This document shows, piece by piece, positions 12,947-24,764 of a DNA stretch of 64,000 nucleotides. This DNA is from Takakia lepidozioides (Eukaryota; Plantae; Bryophyta), in the NCBI GenBank assembly GCA_030704615.1, contig CM060734.1, forward strand, positions 53,444,001 to 53,508,000. The letters run 5' to 3'. The notes beneath the pieces are model-generated. The model made no database searches. It saw only the letters and a program-made list of their open reading frames with translations, and was not told the DNA's origin. Position numbers and translations under genes: made by a program. Every line of letters begins with the position of its first letter. The stretch's first letter is position 1.

Positions 12947-13313
12947 TCTATTTTATCATTTACCTATTTATTTATTTGTCTATTTAAATATCGGACGGAA
13001 TAAAATCGCAATCCCATATCTCCAATATTCCTACTCTCTCGATCTTTTTCGATGTAATACAAACACGCCAATATTCTTTTTCCGGGTCCACAAGAAATTC
13101 TTCATGCATTTAAATCTATTTTATCATTTACCTATTTATTTATTTATCTATTTAAATATCGGACGGAATAAAATCGCAATCTCATATCTCCAATATCCAA
13201 AACAAATAAAAAATAAAAAATATATATATACTCTTACTCTCTCGATCTTTTTCGATGTAATACAAACACGCCACCTGTCAATATTCGTTTCCGGGTCCAC
13301 AGGAAATTCTTCA
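12943..13313. repeat. Direct duplication (~160 bp and ~200 bp copies)
   Basis: TAAATCTATTTTATCATTTACCTATTTATTTATTT...ATCGGACGGAATAAAATCGCAATC...CTCTCGATCTTTTTCGATGTAATACAAACACGCCA...TCCGGGTCCACA at ~12943 and again at ~13110. Confidence 0.9.
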
Positions 13314-13417
13314 TCCATTGCACCTACCGAAAAGCGTGGAAGCGCATCCATCTATTTCCCGCGGCTCGGAGGCCAACGCAAGAGCATCGTTCTCGAATAC
13401 AAATACAAAGAAAAGAC

Positions 13418-13449
<32 letters not shown>

Positions 13450-16189
13450 GAGAGAGTGCAGTGGCGGCTGCATTGCTCTCGCATTTCATCTTCCTCGGCC
13501 AGCGTGCTCTTCATATCCCAATGCAAATTTTGATGGAAGGAAATGAAGAGCAAGCATCATTGGAAGCCGTACATACAACACCTGCATGTGTCTCTCTCTC
13601 TCTTGGTGTGCGTGGAGGAGTGTTTGGTGACAGGCTTGGAAATGGTCAGGGTATGTTTATGTTTCTAATCCGAGAAATTTGGAGATGTAGTTTTTACCTG
13701 GACCGTGAGTTGAGGTCCTGGGGTAAGTAAACATGTAATGGAAGGAATAGTATTTTGTGTAGGTGTATCAAACTTGGCGTGTACGCGTTCAGTAGCATCC
13801 CCACTTCAGAAGATGCATGAGAAAGCAGTGAGATCTAGGAGATTCCCCAATCCTTTTCGTAATTCTACTTAGTAATTGAGCGGTGAGGACCCCCATGATT
13901 GTAGTATATCCTCTAAGATGATCTAAGCACTCCGCGCTGGTTTTCTGTAGTTTTTGGATTGTGCGAAAATGTATCCACACTTCAATTTCTATGGATCGAA
14001 AGTTCTTTTGCGAAGAAGAGAGTAGCCATGCAGTGTCTCTCATCTCTCGCGGACTCTTGTTTTGGGAAAATCAACTTATGCGAGTGATGAGACAAATGGA
14101 ACGGCATCTTTTTAATACAGACATTATAATGGGCATGTGCCCTTTCCAAAAAAGGAAATGAAATGAAATGAAATGGTGCTTTATAACGTCCGCGGAAGAA
14201 AGGAGTCTTGTTTGCTTGTGGAACGGTGGACTGCGTCATCTTCACCACAAAAGTGACTGTAAAGGTTAGCGACAGATTACTGGGCGGATCAGGTGGGAAG
14301 ACGGCTCAATTAGAGGTGATAATGAGGGTGGTGGCAGTGCAGAGCCAGGGGAGAGTGATGATTGCTTGGTGTGTGTATGTATGCGCCGCCCGAATACAGC
14401 AGCACCAGCTCATCCGACCGCCGGCGAGCCATGATGAATGACATACGAACATGTGCAGAAGTTCTCCCCCAGAAGCTCCTAAGAGCAACCCTAGAGGCCT
14501 AGAGCTACTTAATCTATACTTTCTCTGTCGTTGTGCTGATGAGACACGTATTTTTTATGCAGGGACGGCCGTAATGGTTGAATGAGCCGCCGCCTCACCG
14601 GCTGCCGGTTATACAAGCCATTATCTCAACCGAAGTGGAAGGCGGGGGAAGTGGAAGGGGAGATTTCGATTCAATGAGACTTGTGTGTTGCATTGGGATT
14701 TGTAGACGTCGTGTAAGTGTGTAAAGCTTGGCAGCCACTCCTTAGTGAACCCTTCGACGCGACATTCATGAGCAACCCAATGAGGCCCGGCAGCACCGAT
14801 GCGAGATGCACTCACACCAGGAGTCTATTATTGATCTACAAGTACCCAATTCGACCATGGATGAAGGCGCACTATTATCAATGTACCCGAATTGGGTCCA
14901 AGACGACGAGAGCATGCACCCAAAAGAAACAGTTCAAAAGTGCCAGAGATCAGTGCATGTCGTACATCGAGATCTGCTGCATCGGCGTGTCCTAGATCCG
15001 GCCTTACATATATTATGCTCGGGAATGGAAGGAAGATTCCTAGTGAACCAGGGTGCAAGGGATGAAGTGTGGGAATGGTAGCTGTAAACTAGTGGGTTGT
15101 GAATGCTTCCAAAGCTTTGGCAGTTGTCTATTCACGATACAAAAGTTATGCACTTTGTGTCTACGACACGCTGATGTACGTTTGGTGGGGTCCCCCAAAG
15201 GTAAGTAGACTGTTGTGAATGTCTGCTGTGCATTTCTGAAGGCTTACAGGTTCCATTGTTCCCACAGACTATCTGTTCCCTTCAGTTGTACGTTATGGTG
15301 GGTCCAGGGTGCGGACTCCGCAGTCTCCCGTAACAGAGCTTAATATGGTGACGAGAGTACTTTCATATACGATGCAGGACAGAAGAGATTGCAGTTGTAT
15401 GGCACCTTCAAACCTAGAGCAGATCTCTATGACGGTTTATCATACCGGAATTGTTAACACGAACACCTCTGTGATTTGATCCTTTCCTTACAGATACTAC
15501 CTTGATTCTCCCAATCGGAGTTCAGTCGACAGATTCACACTATGTCGGATTACTTCTGCAATTTCATTTTCTGGCGTTTCTATGCCGAGAGCCTAGTACT
15601 AGTACATACACGTAAAGCAATAGCGACCGAGTGATAATCGAGTTCGAAAAAACCTCACCAGCTCTTACTGCAAGAGTCCCTGTGGAAAGCGAAAGGAATC
15701 GACAGCTTCCTACAGTGCGACATCTGTAGTTGCAAGATGGTGGTTTTGACTTGCCTCGCTATACTCAAATGTCACATAACGCACCTTCTGAGATTGTAAA
15801 TCGGCTGACCCGTAAACAAAACCGACTGTGCCTTGCACTTTCATTGCAAGTTCAAGCATCATGAATACAATGTTGGATAGTTTTGCGAGAAGCATTTTGC
15901 TCCTTTCTTGACAGTACCTTCAGTATTCCATTGTGCACATGTCACCTTTCAAAGGCTCTAGATTATACGTACAAAGAGGAGCGATCTAAAATCAGATCCC
16001 ACTGGAGCGACTAGGTTCCAAGAAACTGGATACCGATATTGTCACGAGATTTATACAATGCTTCTTATGTCACATAAGAAGCGGTCTCAATGAGGACTGC
16101 CAGAAGCATCCACTGTCTGTTCAGCAAACAACTTTCAACAGCAGTAGTGCAAGGATTTCATGTAGAAAAAAATCGACCTCATCAAGGAA

Positions 16190-16730
16190 ATAAGCTCTCT
16201 CGCGAACAAGGCGCATGTAGGGCACAAAACTTTGTGCATCCTCCGACTTTCAAAGGATATAGATCTAGACTCATCTGCCCTACCTACTGTTATGATGGAG
16301 GTTAGGTCCTGTCGGCACCATTCTATCAGACTGAATGCGACTGACCTTCGTGGCAGACGGTAAATTTGCTAAGATTTCTGTTGCTTCGAGGCTCCCAGGT
16401 GAGCCTTGCTCGTCCAATAACACAACCCTTCACCGCCTTCCCGAGGAGTGCGAGGCACACATCCATGAAAACATTTCGACCAGAGCATGGAACTAAGCGG
16501 GGCGCGCATGTAGAACACAAAACTTGTGCATACTCCAGCATTCAAGGATATACAGACTCCGACCTATTACTGTTATGAAGGGGGTTGGGTCCCGTGGGTA
16601 CCATTCTATCAGACTGAAATGCGACTGACCTTCGCGGCAGACGGTAATTAGCTAATATTTCCTTTGCTGTTAGAGCCCCAGGTGAGCTTGCTCTTTCAAT
16701 GCCGACCCTTCCACCACCTTTCGGCTTGTT
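16190..16730. repeat. Diverged tandem duplication, ~290-bp period, 2 copies
   Basis: GCGCATGTAG..CACAAAACT, CCATTCTATCAGACTGAA(A)TGCGACTGACCTTCG.GGCAGACGGTAA and CCCAGGTGAGC occur twice about 293 bp apart. Confidence 0.85.
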
Positions 16731-16941
16731 TCTGCAGTCACGCGGCCATTCATTGCAACCATTTCGTCCATCACGCTGGATAAGCTTGCGGGTTCTGCTA
16801 GCCCATTCTCGTTGCTCTCTATCAGTACCCAACTGATCATTCATCTGCACATTGAAGAGATTGTCAATACGACGTCTGAGCCGCAATCTAAATACTGTGG
16901 GAGAGGACTTAGTAGCAGTTCCCATGATAGTAGAAACTCAC

Positions 16942-17311
16942 CTCAGGAAAGTGATGCTCTGTATGTATAGAAGACCTCGCCTTTGATGCGACTAAAGACT
17001 CCTCAAAATTTGTTGAGTCCAACAGCACCACTGCTACGACGTCCACCGAGTCTGGTCACACGGAATTTGTGGCGTTAGGGAATGACATCACGATAGTCTG
17101 TCTGCTGTCTATCTCTGGCCTTACAACGATTAGCATGCCCATTCCGCCAGTCTTTCAAAGCCCGACGAATACCGAGTGAAGCTACACCAAGGAAAACAGA
17201 GTTCGAAACAGGTAGCCTCTCACCTGGCGCTTGGAAAATAGGCTGAGTGAAAGTGACAAGGGCAATCAATGTCAGCACCAGAATCGTTGCAAAACTCCAG
17301 CATATCGCCAT
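16942..17311 (-). CDS. Possible first two exons (17224-17311, 16942-17051) of a secreted/ER protein or pseudogene; downstream exons unresolved
   Basis: MAICWSFATILVLTLIALVTFTQPIFQAP (signal-peptide-like), GTGAGA donor, then phase-matched D-SVDVVAVVLLDSTNFEESLVASK...PE ending at a GTGAGT donor; GA-rich tract upstream. Confidence 0.3.
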
Positions 17312-19519
17312 GCCCTCAGCGATACCCCGCCAATTGACACAGATCCTTCTCTCTCTCTCCGTCCCTCTCTCTCTCTCTCTCTTCCCTGTAGAGTGAGCCT
17401 TTCGTCCCCCGTTTCCTTCTCCTACCCACTAGCAGCAGTTAGTGAGGGCCAAAGGCGGCTGTACTCTTGGGGGTAAATAAAGAGAGCTCCTTGAATGAAA
17501 ACCGTCGACAGGCCCCATAAAGGATTGCTGTAGCAATTATCACCCTGCCCAGGCAAATAAAGTGTGCCTAAATGAATGCCTTCAATATAACGAATCCTTC
17601 ATATATGATCTCTCTCTCCACTATGCAAGCTCAGAGCCTCACCGACCCTTCCTCCTGCTCTGGACCCTAACCCCACCCTCCTTCGGCCCAAGCCTCCACA
17701 CCATCATCACCTGCCCACCACAGTCCGAGGACGCCTTGGCTGTTGACCGGTCTTCTTCCCATCCCAACCTCATCTTTTACTTTCATACGCAATTCGTATA
17801 CTTCTTCTCAAATACTCTACAACCCAACAGCTAATCTAATCACTCTGGCCCTGAGAATTAGTATATGACACCAGAAGGTGGCTGCTGCAGTTAGGTTTTG
17901 CTGCCTTCTGTTAATGAGCCCACTCCCATAATAGGGCCCTAAGTTAAATATTGGGTTGCCAGATACGCAGCAGCTGGTGACACTTAGGACCCACTGCACA
18001 GCCCTGGAAAGCCGGTCGTAATGCAACGTATGGCCTGTTCTGGACAGGAACATGCTTGTTGGGGAGATCTGTATCTATTTCAAGGAACATGTTAAGCTTG
18101 TACCGAACCCAAACGGTCAGCACTCGGAGCCGAGCAAAGGCCTTACTCACCCAATGCAATATCTCCAACAAAGGTCTATGTGGGGCCACCTACTCGTCAT
18201 GTGCAGTGGCTGCCATAGTGCATAACTTACAATGGACTATATGTTTCGAGGATGATGCAACCCACAAGTAATGTAATGGCTGACAACGTAACATTCACCC
18301 TCGCTGACAACGTAACAGTCACTAGAAAGGAACTGAAGCCGGAGAATTTATATGGCAGGCCGGCACTAGATCCCATGGGTACAAAGATACATTACTTTAC
18401 ACATGAGCTCTGCCTGCAGGTTCTCACATCCTCGAGATTCAAGTAGACATGTATTACTGGAATTGTTGTTGTTTTATCCCTGGAATAAAGCTCAAAGCTG
18501 ACGTGAGTTTCCAGTCATCTCCTGAGCAGAAATCCTTCAATTCCGTTGTCAGAAATCCACCTTGATTAGTCTACTTAGATGCTTATCTCGGCATAATCTT
18601 AAGTATTAGCAAGACCAACAAGGTGGGTCCCCAGTGCAGCTCACTAAGTTGTCTCGTATTAAATGATATGAACAGAATTTCGGCACTGTAGAAACAATCG
18701 GCCCGTGAGAGCAAGTGTGCATGTCCAACCTGTCAGAATTCATAACGTGTTTACACCAGTCAGGTTACGTAGCAAAACCCCAGGCTATGGCAGGGTTCAG
18801 GCCCCTCCCGAAGAGGGAAACCCACTAACATACAGAAAGCACGCGGAGAAGAAAATCCATGGTGCATCTTTGGCAGCAGGACTCGCAATCTGAATTCAGC
18901 TCTCACAAGCCAAACATCTAGACTGTCATGGATCCAAGATACACTGCTCGCCCACGACATACGTACCCGTCCGGTTCTGCATGCCAATTCATCTCATATA
19001 TACCCTACGCTACTTCCCCCTCCTCTCAGTATGCTGTTGCAAAACTGAACACAGCTTTTTTGACTGGTTCAACATGGAGATAAGCTTGTGCGATGGTACA
19101 CTCGGAGCAATTTAAAGCCCAGCAAGGACTACGACTGCCGCCCTTGCGAACACACACACGGGCCACCCTTCGTCCCTCTCCTGCAGTAACCGCCCATTCC
19201 TTGACTTTCTAGGATTTCAAAGATACGATGCAATCTCAAGGGAAGCCCAGCTAGTTGAGATCAGTTGGTGAAGTGGGTCATGCTCCATGGGCTGCCTGTG
19301 TCACCCATATCATATGATCCACCCTCTTCACATGTCCCTCTTGAATCTTATCCCACTCAGCTTTTTATGCGAAAAAACCCTAATCCCAAAACCTAAACTT
19401 TTAGAAAGGGGCCTGCCTTTTCGGCCCCGGATTTGTGAATGTTTGCATCATCTTATTCTATGCGCGTATACAGGTAGCTCGAAGGCGGCAAATGATTTTT
19501 TTGGACAAAGACAAACAAC

Positions 19520-20160
19520 TAGTCATGGACAATTGTTTTGGAACCCATGGTGTTGCCACCTTGCATCCCGCTTTGACTACATGGGTTGGGCATTTTGGAG
19601 AGTTTGGTAGCCCTTTTTGGTTGAGTAAGTGAAGAAGGGGTGAGGCCCTCTTGGGATATTCCAAGACCATTTGTCCGGGTCCATGGAGAGTTCAGCCAGT
19701 GGTCTTCCCAAGATCCAAAAAAACCAATTGGTCTGCAGCCACTTTGGGAGTCCATAGGGGTTGGAACTGGGTCAATATCCTTGGAAGGTAAGGTCCATCC
19801 ACAGGCCCTAACCTTAGTCAATGGGATGAGCGGGATGCTTAATGGCTGATCCGAGAGAAGCTGCAGCGACGTAGTGGTGTGATCTATGGAGAATGGAAAG
19901 ACTTCATGATGGTGATCCAAGGTCTCTATCACAAAGAAGATCGTGAGGGCATCCTGATGAATGGCCAAGGCCCACAAATTGTGATGGGACAGTTGCAGGC
20001 CAGACTGAAGGCTAGCAAGCCACAAGGGAGAGATTGATTTCTTGATTTCATGGTAACCTTTAATGCCTTGGTTTTCCCAACCAATGCAGCAACTGAATCG
20101 AGCGATTTCCAGTCCCAATTGTGCCAGAGGTGTCCAACCCTGCTGACCCCAAGGTAATCC
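19520..20160 (-). mobile_element. Degenerate LINE ORF2 fragment (region between RT and zf-RVT)
   Basis: Minus-strand ORF 19519-20118 resembles the low-conservation linker of plant L1 ORF2 and lies next to the LINE fragment at 20170-21850. Confidence 0.35.
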
Positions 20161-20169
20161 TAGGGGGTC

Positions 20170-21850
20170 TTCTTTTCTTTTTCTTTTTTTCTTTTTTTCT
20201 TAAACAGGGGACTTTGCCCTGGAAGATTTATTTATGTTTATTTTTTATGGGGGAAAAAAGTAAAACCCCTAAAAGTACCATGAAGGTATACACACCGTAG
20301 ACAATGACGGACGAACCGACCTCCTATTGGAGAATTCCAAAAAATTAGGGCATTATGCCTAATGTAGTGCTGAGTGGTTTTTTGAGTATCTCACCCAAGG
20401 AGCTTCTAGCGAGCAGCAATCTAAGAGCAGGTGTAGGTTTTGCCAGCAGAGGTAGAGTCCTAGCAAAGAACTTGATGATGACTACTACTCTACTGCTATC
20501 GATCTGCTCTTGGAATGTCAACGGAACTTGAGTCTCGCAGCTGACTTGATGTGGCGCCAGTTAATGTCTCTGTCAAATTCGGGGGAGAGTTTGGATGGGC
20601 GCCCTGAGCCCCTCCAGGCGACTGGTGGGCTGGCAGCCCAGTTGCATTCGCTTGGTGAAGTGGTAGTGCAGATGTGCCCTTGCCTGCCCCAGGACGATCT
20701 GAAGTCTGCATGCAAGTTGGCTGCTTGTTGAGGGTGTTTGTCCATTTCTACACACAGTTTCACCCATGCCTTTCTAGCATCAATCTGCAAATCCCAAAAT
20801 ATGCGAACTAATACTGCGGATAGTGACAGAGTTTCACCAGAGAGTGACCAGGAGCAACGTACTCTCCATAGTTGTCATAGTGTAGAAACCCGGAGGCTTT
20901 CAAAGACTGGGCAATCAATGGATTTCGATTTGGAAGAGGTGTCATAGTTTAAAAATAATTTGAGTGGCGTCTATGGTTGGGTATCCCAGATGGTGTAAAA
21001 AGCTTTTATGATTCTCCAGATTATTTTGGGCCCTGGCACAAGAGGAGGCAGTGTTCTAAAGATTCTAGCACTCCTGTGGAGCAGCATAAGCATAAAAGAG
21101 CATCCTGGAATTGAAGCCATTCTCCCACCTTGAGCACTCTATTCACAATTTTCCATAGGAATGCAAACGTTTTTGTAGATTTGGTCTTGCTCCAGAGTTG
21201 CTCCAAATTGCTTTCCAATTTTCATTGGGAAAGCCATAGTCCTGCCATTTAACATTCCACTTGGAGTGGAGAGGGTTAAGTTTGGCCAGTGTTTTGCGGG
21301 CTTTTTTGCCTGAGTAGTTGAAGAAGGGGACTTGGGATCGGCCAAAGGACCATGTCTACTCCTTAGGGTCAAATTGCCGGTCTACTAGCGGCCTTCCTAA
21401 AATCCAGATAAGTTGTTTGTTGCAAGTCAGATATGTAGAGGTAAGGTGGGATCAGGTTGAGGGTTCATATCTTTTGTTGGGTACGACCGGCAACATATCC
21501 TAACCGGGGTATGTGGAAAGATGGGGTAATCAATGGATCGCTCGCTATTTAGAGACAAAGCCATAGAAACAGGGTCAATACTGAAGGGAAATCCTGTCAA
21601 GGTATGATCGGATTTGTGGAGAACGAAAAGACAGTTAGCTTATTGTGGAGGATCCCAAGAGTCCAGTAAAGGGATTGGGGATTTGAAGGACCAGTCTGGA
21701 GATTCGAGAGCCAAGTGGGGGGGATGGAGGCTGTGATTTGAGGCAATCCAGCCCTGGCCCTGTTTTTGCCTATAGATAGTGCAATGATATCTGCCTCTTT
21801 AAAGCCATTGTTGCACCATATATCTTTGAGCCAAATGTTGTTCCCCTTAG
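20170..21850 (-). mobile_element. 5'-truncated L1-type LINE (zf-RVT end) with A-rich tail
   Basis: WSKTKSTKTFAFLWKIVNRVLKVGEWL...CLCCSTGVLESLEHCLLLC is a zf-RVT motif; the T-rich tract at 20170-20200 is the tail on the minus strand. Confidence 0.8.
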
Positions 21851-23150
21851 GATTTCATTCATTCATTAAGAAGATAAAAGATAGAGTTGGGATCATCAAA
21901 TTAAAAGATGAGAAAAAGATTATCCTTCGAGAATAAGATTGACGGCTGGGTGATGAGACGATTGTTGGGCGCTCCACGTTCTGCGGTGAGTGCGTTAGGG
22001 ACTTAGCCATTTCTTCCTCTCTCCTCTATAGCTTCCTAGGCTGCACTTCATCCCCCGCAACTCTTCAGCGGTGCACTTTCATTACAATCCCATCTCTACA
22101 GGGCTGCTCATTGTTCCTTCTTCGTCTCTCCTCACTCTTCATCACCAAGAGACGTGGCCTTTTCTACGAGCATGCAAGAAATGTCTCTCCACTTCTCTTT
22201 TTAGCTGCTTGCTAGCCTCTCCCACGCTCGTCATTCGATGCAGGAGCGGCGCTCTTCAATTTCCCTGGCATGAGTTTAATGAGTTTGGCGGTCGTCTCCC
22301 TCCCCCCTAGCAATGCCCATTTTGCTCTCTCGTCTGATCGCTGCGTCCAGTGCCTCTTCAACTCTCTCTTCATTCTTCCTCCCTGGCCACTATTCTTCCT
22401 CACGTTTTCCCTTGCTACTTTCCTCTTTGCTCTCGGTCGCATCTGTTTCACCTACAAGCTCTACCCACCGAGCTCTATGGCTTGCGTTCCTGCGGCAATC
22501 AGTGGTCAGGGTTTCAGAGGCGACTACATAGGAGACAACAGAGGTGACAACAGGAGAAACAACATATCAAAGCACCAAGGAAAAAGACCTTCAGTTAGTC
22601 AGGGCCTGCTTGGAGCTGGCCCAAGACCCCCTCTTTCGCTTGTCAGGCCTCCCATGATGTGGAGTGAAAGTGCAGCGCCATCTGATGAGAACCAGCCTAT
22701 TCACTACAAGAAAAAGGGGGGGGGGGGGTTGCGACGCCGCGGCATGCCCTTTTGGGGCGGGGGAAAACCCAAATTTGCGACGCCCGGGCGTCGCAAGCCC
22801 GTCGCCAAAAAAACGACGCTATAGGTGAAACCGCAATTTGCCACGCCCCGGCATTGGAAAAAAAAAAAAAAAAAAAAAAAAAACTACTTTGCAATGCAGA
22901 ATTAGCACCATCGGGGGGTCGCAAAGTGCGACGCCCGGACGTCACAATTTAAGGGGGTAAATTTGAATTTAGGCAGGAAAAATTGAATTTGAAATTTGAA
23001 TTTCAAAAACTTGTTGATCATTGACTCCGGTTCTGTCTAATGGCAATATGTTCAATTCTACATATACCATGCAATGCATACTTAAACCTAAGACCTCCAC
23101 GTTATAACATTTCTAAGACACTACAAACTAACCAACACACCTACGCTACA

Positions 23151-23877
23151 TGTCGCGCACCTCACTTCGGTAAGCTCCCCTTCAAGTCATAGTTACTCGC
23201 TTCGATGCGCGTGCCTAACTCCCAACCTGGCCGCCGGGCCAACTCGGAGCTTCGGCTGCTCACCGGGATATAACGGTCCTCTTTTACTCTTCCAAAAGAC
23301 CCTCCACCAATTTGGGCCTAGTGGAAATTCCCTTTGGTAGATGGCAGTCTAGAATAGCTCCCCACTCCTTGGTCGCTTTCCGGCTCGCTCGCTTACTCAC
23401 TAGTTTTTGGTCACCAACGGGCTTGCACTGTTCTCGGGGTTACTACTCCCTATATATACTTCTGTGACTGTCCGCGGGGGTTTCACAAACAACCTTGCCA
23501 TTTTATGGCGAACCACCACAAAGACCCTCGACTCCCGGTGATGAGTCGCGGTGAGTCTTGGCCCACCCACCACGGCCCCATTGGACCATGATGGGTCCCA
23601 AGACTCCCCACGACTCCCACCACAAGGTCTCCGCCCCATGGTGAGTCCTATGTCACCCCCACTAAGTCCCACTAAGCTACCACCACCCCTTGTGGAGCTA
23701 CCCCCACCGCAACCCGGTATGCGGGGCTCCACCTAGTGAACGCCTCCACCTCCTTGAGTGTCTTGGGCACTCAAGGGTGCTTCAGCCCCCCGTACCTATT
23801 GCTGCCACCGCCCCCACCACAGGGGCAGCCCCTCTGCGTCCCGATCCCCTGCCCTCAAGGAAAAGGGCCGCGAGACA
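23151..23877 (-). repeat. 3' LTR (~727 bp)
   Basis: Direct repeat of 29362-30063; purine-rich PPT-like GGTAGGGGTG on the minus strand immediately inside (23878-23887). Confidence 0.95.
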
Positions 23878-24764
23878 CACCCCTACCAACAGGGAGTCGA
23901 TGTCCTCATCGACTTGTCCATTTTGTAGAAACGAACATCGAAGTTGTGGCGTCCCACATCAAGGAGTTTGTTTCCGCACCATGACGTCCCATGGCAAAGA
24001 ACCAAACCCCACACTTGACTCTACTCTCCACTAGCTAGTTCGGCCGACTTCCTCCAAGTCCCGGCCAAGGGTGGAGCCTCTCAAGCTCCTCCCAGTGCAC
24101 TCTTCCTGGCCTACTCCAAGGCCAAGGAACGATCCTCCACGAGGATTGAATCGCCTTACTGCAACAACATTGCTTTGCGACCGTTCATGATGCCGTTTTT
24201 GGCATCACCTTGAATTTTTTTTTATTAGGAAGATAACCTTGAACTAACCATGCGCCCCAATCACTACAATTGGGTCCGCCTTGGAATGTTGACCTGAGGT
24301 ACGGGAACACGCCGAAACCGCACTACGACTTCGTCCCGAGGCTACACGATTATAGTACATGAACGGAAGCACGTAGCTTCCGCGTTAGCCCGCACTACAA
24401 GGCAACCCCCTCAGTAGCGCAGTTATAGTACGCGCATGCGCCAGGTGTGCACTAGCACGTGAACTCCCAAGGAAGGCACAAGTTTCATTGCCCCTTGGAT
24501 GGGAGTCACCCGATTTCGGCACTACGCAAACACACGATTAATCCAATTTACCTCTCCCACTTTTGTAAGCTAGCATGCATTCTACACACTAACCAACCAT
24601 ACCATGCATCACCATTCCAAACAAAATAGGATGCACAACATTTGGAAACCATTTCATTTATAACAAAATTTGTACAATACAAGTTTTTGCAATTGGATTC
24701 CTGAGCTAGCTAAGCCGGGCTAAGCATGCATTTCCTCCTCCATGATCCAAGGTTGATGTCCCCA

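Noticed and set aside
23400-24034. ORFs inside the LTRs (also 29611-30075)
   Set aside because: GC-rich LTR sequence; frames are not conserved between the two LTRs.
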